Source of the DNA: the human T2T-CHM13v2.0 reference genome, Homo sapiens
Length of the DNA: 64,000 nucleotides
Strand: one strand, 5' to 3'
NCBI RefSeq assembly: GCF_009914755.1
Contig: NC_060925.1
Shown here in pieces: positions 55,751 through 64,000 of this stretch (position 1 is the first letter of the stretch; every line of letters starts with the position of its first letter). The notes under the pieces are model-generated. The model searched no databases, was not told where the DNA came from, and saw nothing but the letters and a program-made list of their open reading frames with translations. The position numbers were made by a program, and so were the translations under genes.

Positions 55751-56949
55751 GAGGAGAACACAAACATTCAGTCCATAACAAGGATTCGCAGAATTGGAAG
55801 CATGTGAGTGAGAAATGAGTGCTATACCTTTATTTCAATTTCGGTAATTGAGATCTTAGGTGAAATATAAAGTTAAGTGAGAAAATTTACTAGAATGTCT
55901 ATAGCACTGTCCATTATCCATAATAGTAAAAACCAAAAATAATTCAATGTCCATTGACAATGGAGTAGATGAATTACTTGTTGTACATCCATGCAGTAAG
56001 AATGAACACTCCACTACAAGGACAAAATAGATAAATCTCTCAAGCATCATGTTGAGCAAGAGGAGCTAGACACAAAGAGTACATTCTGTATGATTATTTT
56101 TATACAAAGTTCAAAACAGGCAGAACAAACCTATTGTGTAAGAGGAAGAGGACAGTGATTACTTCCAGGGAGAAGGGAGGGAACAGTGATTGGAAAGGGG
56201 CATGAAGGGAGTCAGGGGGTACTAGTAGAGTCCGTTTCTTGTCTTGACCAGTGGTGGCATGGTGTGTGTAATTTATGATAATCTATTGAGCTGTATATTT
56301 ATGATTTGTACATTTTTCTAAATGTTTATTTAAAATAACACATATTTATACTTCTCTTCTGAGAATCTCCTTAAAAGCATAACCTAATTTAGCTAAAGTC
56401 AGGAACTGGCAGTCTTCCTCTGAGTAATCAGAGGAAACTCTAGCATTTGGCATTTGCTTAACCACAGTAATGCCCATTCATGATTGCTGTAGGTCCTGCA
56501 GCTTTACAGTGAGTCCATCTGTCAATAGACGTTTATTAAACACCATCCTATACCCCATTCTCGTGGCCTTCAGGTCCAGTCAGCAGTTAGACAGCAACCT
56601 GGTCAAACAGCAGTGTGTAGAGCTTTCAGCTGCTAAAGCCAGGGAAGACATTCTACGGCTGTCCCAGATACCCCTTCAGAGATCTTTCTCATCATGGACC
56701 TCTACCCTGAAATGGACTCTAGAGTAATGAAGTCCATTCCCCCTCTGGGGAGGGGAATGAAGCAAAATATCCAGAGGAAAGGCAGAGGCTAGAGAAGGAA
56801 TCTTACAGGATTCCAGAGGAGAAAGACAAGTTACGTGTAAGGAAAGAGATTCAGATTGGCCTCAGATTTCCTATCTTGCCTAGAGACTAGAATATTGTAA
56901 TTTAACAACTGTAGACTGTGAAGAGAAAAACGCTTTGACCCAGGAATGC

Positions 56950-57914
56950 TCTTGTCAGCCAAGATATTATTCTCTGATTAATACAAAAGAAATATCCTTG
57001 AGAATTTGGAATATAATCACCCATACACCTAGAGCTGCCATATTGTACACACTCCAACAGTCAAACCCACATTTACCTTGTATAACCAGAAACAGCTGAG
57101 AGTCCACTAACAAAAAAAAAAAAAAAAAAAAAAAAACAGAATCAAAACAAACACCTCAGTTTTGGGAATAGAAAAACAAAAGTGAGCAAGATTTGCCAAG
57201 GCTTATGTCTTTTCTCATTGGTCATGATAGAAATCTTAAAAAAGAAAAAGTAGAATTTTTACAAGCCATTTAATCTAGTCACAAGTCAATAAAACTAGAA
57301 AAAAATGAAGAGCAAGAAGGAAGCAAAAAAAAAAAAAAAACACCCTTACCTATTATAAAAAATTAAGAAGCACACCCATGGATCAAAGAGAAAACCAAAA
57401 GTGAAACTACAAATTGTCTAGAAAGCAATAGAGAAGAGTATATCTTCTGTCAATTCTATGCGCATAGCAAAAGCTATTTATGATTTCCAATGCCCTCTTT
57501 TAAAAGAAAAAAGAAATCTAAAACTGGATGTTGTATTTATCTATTTAAGAGATGGAAAAGTATAGAAAAATAATCTAAAACAGAAAGAAGGAATTAAAAA
57601 CAGTACAAACAAAAATTTTGAATGGATAAATACTTTCCAGTGTTAGTCTTTGAAAAGACCAAAAAATGGCTAACTCTTATTAACCTGGTTTAAGAGGAAG
57701 CAAGGAAGGAAGGAAAGAAGGAAGCAATTAAAGAATTATAATACTTTGACAACAAATTTGAATCCCTAGGGGAAATGGGTGATTTTCTGTGAAATATGTA
57801 TTAACAAAATTAACCAAGAAGCAGAAAAGTTGAATGGATGAATTACTGTAGTAGAGATAGGAAAGGCAAGTAAAAATCTACCACTAAAACATCACTGAAA
57901 ACGAATTTTTAAAA
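56950..57914 (+). mobile_element. Highly decayed ancient L1 ORF2 remnant; continues 62061-64000
   Basis: cccatggatcaaagagaaaaccaaaagtgaaactacaaatt; after the L1PB it resumes with aaatggtttt...ctttaaagaacaaataattcca. Confidence 0.6.
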
Positions 57915-60900
57915 ATTCATTTTATTTTTATTTTTCCATAGGTTATTGGGGTACAGGAGGTATTTGGTTACATAAGTTCTTTAGTGGTGATTTGTGGGAT
58001 TTTGTTACACTCATCACCCAAGTAGTATACACTGCACCATATTTGTGGTCTTTTTTCCCTCACCCTCCTCCCACCCTTCCTCCCAAGTCTCCAAAGTCCA
58101 TTGTAACATTCTTATGCCTTTGTGTCCTCATAGCTTAGCTCCCATATATCAGTGAAAACATATGGTGTTTGGTTTTCCATTCATGAGTTACTTCACTTAG
58201 AATAATAGTCTGCAATCTCATCCAGGTCGCTGCAAATGCCATTAATTCATTTCTTTTTATGGCTGAGTAGTATTCCATCATATAAATATACCACAGTTTC
58301 TTTATCCACTTGCTGATTGATGGGCATTTGATTTGGTTCCACAATTTTGCAATTGTGAATTGTGCTGCTATAAACATGTGTGTGCAAGTATCTTTTTTGA
58401 ATAATGACTTCTTTTTCTCTGGGTAGATACCCAGTAGTGGGATTGCTGAATCAAATGGTAGTTCTACTTTTAGTTCTTTAAGGAATCTCCACATTGTTTT
58501 CCACAGTGGTTGTACTGGTTTACATTCCCACCAGCAGTGTAGAAGTGTTCCCTGTTCACTGCATCCGCATCAACATCTACTGTTTTTTTATTTTTGATTA
58601 TGACCATTCTTGTAGGATGAGGTGGTATTGCATTGGGATTTTGATTTGCATTTCCCTGATCATTAGTGATGTTGAGCGTTTTTTCATATGTTTGTTGGCC
58701 ATTCGTATATATTCTTTTGAGAATTGTCTTTTCATGTCCTTAGCCTACTTTTTGATGCTTTTTTCTTACTGATTTGTTTGGGTTTGTTGTAGATTCTGGA
58801 TATTAGTCCTTTGTCAGAGGTATAGATTGTGAAGATTTTCTCCCACTCTGTGGGTTGTCTGTTTACTCTGCTGACTGTTCCTTTTGCCATGCAAAAGCTC
58901 TTTAGTTTAATTAAGTCCAACTATTTATCTTCGTTTTTAGCTTTGCATTTGTTTTTAGCTTTGCATTTGCTTTTAGGTGCTTGGTCATGAAATCCTTGCC
59001 TAAGCCAATGTCTAGAAAGGTTTTTCCAATGTTATTTTCTAGAATTTTTATAGTTTTGGGTCTTAGATTTAAGTCCTTAATCCATCTTGAGTTGATTTTT
59101 GTATAAGGTGAGAGATGAGGATCCAGTTTCATTCTCCTACATGTGGCTAGCCAATTATCCCAGCACCATTTGTTGAAAAGGGTGTCCTTTCCCCACTTTT
59201 TGTTTGTGTTTGCCTTGTCAAAGATCAGTTGGCTGTAAGTATTTGGGCTTATTTCTGGGTTCTCTATTCTGTTCCATTGGTCTATGTGCCTATTTTTTAT
59301 ACTGGTACCAAGCTGTTTTGGTGACTATGGCCTTATAGTACATTTTGAAATCAGGTAGTGTGATGCCTCCAGATTTGTTCTTTTTGCTTAGCCTTGCTTT
59401 GGCTATGTGGGCACTTTTTTGGTTACATATGAATTGTAGAATTGTTTTTTCTAATTCTGTGAAGAATGATGGTGGTATTTTGATGGGGATGACGTTGAAT
59501 TTGTAGATTGCTTTGGCAGCATGGTGATTTTCACAATATTGATTCTACCCATCCATGAGTATGGGATATGTTTCCATTTGTGTCGTCTGTGATTTCTTTC
59601 AGCAGTTTTTTGTAGTTTTCCTTGTAGAAGTCTTTTGACTCCTTGGTTAGGTATATTCCTAAGTATTTTAGTTTTAATGCAGCTATTGTAAAAGTGGTTG
59701 AGTTATTGATTTGATTCTCCGCTTGGTCACTGTTGGTGTATAGAAGAGCTACTGATTTGTGTACAATAATCTTGTATCCAGAAATTTTGCTGAATTCTTC
59801 TATCAGTTCTAGGAGCTTTCTAGAGGAGTCTTTAGGGTTTTCAAGGTAAACAACCATATCATCAGCAAACAGTGACAGTTTGACTTCCTCTTTACCAATT
59901 TGAATGCCTTCTCTTTCTTTCTCCTGTCTGATTGCTCTGACTAGGATTTCCAGTACTATGTTGAAGAGGAGTGGTGACAGTGGGAACCTTGTTTTGTTCC
60001 AGTTCTCAGAGGGAATGCTTTCAACTTTTCCCCATTCAGTATTATGTTGGCTGTAGGTTTGTCATAGATGGCTTTTGTTACATTGAGGTATGTCCCTTGT
60101 ATGCCAATTTTGTTGAGAGTTTTACTGAAAAAGGAATGCTGGATCTTATTGTGTGCTTTTTCTGCATCTATTGAGATAATCATGTGATTTTTGTTTTTAA
60201 TTCTGTTTAGGTGGTGTATTACATTTATTGACTTGTGTATGTTAAACCATCCCTGCATCCCTGGTATGTAACCCACTTGATCATGGGGGATTATCTTTTT
60301 GATACGTTGTTGGATTCAGTTAGCTAGTATTTTGTTAAGGATTTTAGCATCTAGGTTTATCAAGGATATTGGTCTGTAGTTTTCTTTTTTGGATATGTCC
60401 TTTCCTGCTTTTGGTATTAGGGTGATGGTGGCTTCATAGAATGAATTATGGAGGGTTCCCTCTTTCTCTATCTTGTGGCATAGTGTCAAAAGGATTGGTA
60501 CCAATTCTTCTTTGAATGTCTGCTAGAATTCTGCTGTGAATCCATCTGGTCCTGGACTTCTTTTGTTGGTAATTTTTAAATTACCATTTCAATCTCACTG
60601 CTTGTTATTGGTCTGTTCAGGGTATCTAGTTCTTCCTGATTTAAGCTAGGAGAGTTGTATTTTTCCAGGAATTTACCCATCTCTTCTAGGTTTTCTAGTT
60701 TATGCATGTGAAGGTGTTCGTAGTAGCCTTGAATGATCTTTTGTATTTCAGTGGTGTCAGTTGTAATATCTCCCCTTTCATTTCTTAGGTTATTTGGATT
60801 TTCTCTCTTCTTTTCTTGGTTAATCTTGCTAATAGTCTATCAATTTTATTTATCTTTTCAAAGAACTAGCTTTTTGTTTCATTTATCTTTTGTATTTTTT

Positions 60901-62060
60901 TTTGTTTCAATGTTTCAATTTCATTTAGTTCTGCTCTGATCTCTGTTATTTCCTTTCTTCTGCTGGGTTTGGGTTTGGTTTGTTCTTGTTTCTCTAGTTA
61001 CTTGAGGTGTGACCTCAGAATGTCAGTTTGTGCTCTTTCAGTCTTTTTGATGTAGGCATTTAGGGCTATGAATTTTCCTCTTAATGCCGCCTTGCTGTAT
61101 CCCAGAAGTTTTGATAGGTTGTGTCATTATTGTCGTTCAGTTCAAAGAATTTTTTAATTTCCATCTTGATTTTGTTTTTGATCCAGTGTTCATTCAGGAG
61201 CAGGTTATTTAATTTCCATGTATGTGCATGGTTTTGAAGATTCCTTTTGGAGTTGATTTCCAGTTTTATTCCACTGTGGTCTGAGAGAGAGTGCTTGATA
61301 TAATTTCAATTTTCGTAAATTTATTGGGGCTTGTTTTATGGCCTATCACATGGTCTATCTTGGAGAAAGTTCCACACGTTGTTGAATAGAATGTGTATTC
61401 TGTTGTTGTTGGATGAAATGTTCTATATATATCTGTTAAGTCCATTTGTTCCAAGGTATAGTTTAAATCCATTGCTACTTTGTTGACTTTCTGTCTTGAC
61501 GACCTGTCTAGTGCTGTGGGTGGAGTATTGAAGTCCTCCACTATTATTGTGCTGCTGTCTACCTCATTTCTTAGGTCTATTAATAATTGTTTTATAAATT
61601 TGGGAGCTCCAGTGTTAGGTGCATATATATTTAGGATTGTGATATTTTCCTGTTGGATAAGGCCTTTTACCATATATAATGTCCCTCTTTGTCTGTTTTA
61701 ACTGCTGTTGCTTTAAAGTGTGTTTTGTCTGATATAAGAATAGCTACCCCTGCTTGCTTTTGGTGTCCATTTGCATGAAATGCCTTTTTCTGTCCTTTTA
61801 CTTTAAGTTTACATGAGTCCTTATGTGTTAGGTAAGTCTTCTGAAGGCAGCAGATGGTTGGTGAGCTCCTATCCATTCTGCAGTTCTATATCTTTTAAGT
61901 GAAGCATTTAGGCCATTTACATTCAATGTTAGTATTGAGATGTGAGGTACCATTGCATTCATTGTGCTATTTGTTTCCTGTGTACCTTGGATTTTGTTTT
62001 TGCTTTTTAACTAGTATTTTTGTTTTATAGGTCCTGTGTGATTTATGCTTTAAAGGGGTT
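57915..62060 (-). mobile_element. L1PB1-like LINE, 5'-truncated just upstream of ORF2 (disabled ORF2 covered end to end)
   Basis: ORF-track fragments: endonuclease (PTICCLQKTYLTHKD; NITILNIYAPNTGAPKFIKQ), RT ([17 protein letters not shown]; [11 protein letters not shown]), C-terminus ([11 protein letters not shown]; [15 protein letters not shown]). ORF2 start MNAMVPHISILTLNVNGLN near 61960. L1PB-type 3'UTR. Confidence 0.93.
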
Positions 62061-62880
62061 TGAGAACAAATGGTTTTAGTATTTGGTTTCATCCACACTT
62101 TAAAGAACAAATAATTCCAAACTATAGGAAAAGTTGTCCTAATTTATTTTATACAGCTAAGACAGAAACTTGATATAGTATAAAAGGAAAAATATAGCCT
62201 AATTGCATTTATGAATATGAAAATAAAAATTCTGATAGAATATCAGCAAATAAAATACAGTAATGCATCAAAAGAAATATACTATGACCAAGGAACTTTT
62301 ATTCTAGAAATGCCAGGTGGTCCTAGTATAAGGAAATCTATATGAAATTGATTATGACAACAGATTAAAATAGAAAATCCATGTGGTCACATTTATAGAT
62401 ATTGAAAAAGCACTTAATAATGTTCAGTAGCCAGTTTTCAAAAGAATTCTAAATAAGATAAGAATAAGAATCAACTGAAATATGTTACAAGCTGATTACA
62501 AAGTTTCATTGGCCAATATCATTCTAAATAGCCAATAGCTAAAGCATTTCAATTATTCTCAGAAACTAAGCAAGAATGTCAGCTCTGCCATTTTTCTTGA
62601 ACAGTATCTTTCTTGGAAGTATTAGCAAATGCAATTAGACAAAAAAGTAAAACAATTGGCATAATTATTAATAAAAAAATTCTCTTGCTAATGATATAAT
62701 TTTATGTCAAGAAAAACAATTTAGCAAAATGACTAGATGTAAGATAAATATACAAAAATCAATAGTTTTTCTTTATGCTGTTTGTCACGTAGAGGAAAAA
62801 GTGACTTAAAAATACTTTCATAATAGTGACAAAAACTATTGGTGTAAAATTTATGTGAATATAATAGTGAAAGCATGCTA

Positions 62881-63271
<391 letters not shown>

Positions 63272-63530
63272 TTATGGATGAGAAGACAATATTATAAAAA
63301 TTAATTTCTCTTCAAATTATTATGCATTGTGTAAAGTTAATGGAATTTCTATTAGAATGTTGGCAGAATTTTCTTCACCTTAAATATGACTAAAATTATC
63401 TTAAAGTTCATTTGGAAAAATAACAAAGAGGAAGTTGTAAACACAAAGGACTTGTTTATACCAACTATTCAAACATACTTAAAAGCTACTGTAATGAAAT
63501 CAATTGTATTGGCGTAAGAATAAGCAAATA

Positions 63531-63826
63531 CAGTTGTCCCTCGATATCCACTAAGGATTAGTTCCAGGAACTCTGAGGCTACCAAAACTCATGGATAATC
63601 AAGTCCCTGACATAAAATGGTAAGGCATTTACATATAACCTACACACATCCTTCCTTGTAATTTAAATCATCTTTAGATTGCTTATAATACCTAATACAA
63701 TATAAACATTATGTAAATAGTTGTTATATTATATTGGTTTTTTAATTTGTATTATTTTTTCTTGTTACAGTGGTTTTTTTTTTCAAATATTTTCAGTCCG
63801 TGATTGGTTGAATGGAAGGCTGAGTG
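63531..63826 (+). mobile_element. MER2 (TcMar-Tigger)
   Basis: ta|cagttgtccctcgatatcc...gttccagga...caagtccctgacataaaatgg...ttataatacctaatacaat. Confidence 0.85.
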
Positions 63827-64000
63827 CAGATCTATTAAACAGAACACATGGTCTAGAAATAGACTTTATTTTGAAGTAAGAATTTAATGTATAACAAAGT
63901 TACTATGTCAACGATCATGAATTTTTTTTAAAAAAGAAGATTCTCAAGTTGTTAACATGAGTTATCATTGGAAGATTGGGTGGGAAAAATAGGACACACA

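Larger units (their letters stand above)
54705..55780 (-). mobile_element. MLT1A-like LTR interrupted by an MST LTR
   Basis: ctcacagttctggaaggtgggaagtctaagatcaaggtgccagc...gggtttcaacatatgaatttgggg [insert] cacaaacattcagtccataaca. Confidence 0.75.
52080..56340 (+). mobile_element. Ancient L1 (L1ME-like) ORF2/3' remnant hosting two nested stacks
   Basis: RT-region text (ctgtcattatttgcagatgccatg, FAD-like) 52080-53189; resumes at 54600; 3' end 55880-56340. Confidence 0.7.

Noticed and set aside
58135-61960. Active L1 ORF2
   Set aside because: Fragmented into many short frames, and lacks ORF1 and the 5'UTR promoter.

Overview
Primate genomic DNA. The SVA element points to a great ape, most likely human. 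The window is intergenic or deep-intronic and roughly two thirds transposon-derived. I found no supportable protein-coding exon, RNA gene or CRISPR array. The ORF-track entries are L1 ORF2 fossils, Alu/SVA read-throughs, a minisatellite artefact or chance ORFs. Most notable: (1) a full-length minus-strand SVA carrying a ~90-bp 3' transduction with its own ATTAAA signal and second poly(A); (2) an essentially full-length BLACKJACK-type hAT transposon fossil with readable transposase motifs, split by four Alus; (3) a young, nearly homogeneous 9 x 47-bp minisatellite inside an ancient L1 5'UTR, with SOX-, KLF- and TEAD-like motifs in each unit; (4) several multi-layer nested insertions. I did not find convincing evidence of a new biological system. 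Subfamily names come from recalled consensus sequences and need RepeatMasker/Dfam confirmation. Boundaries of old elements are approximate.
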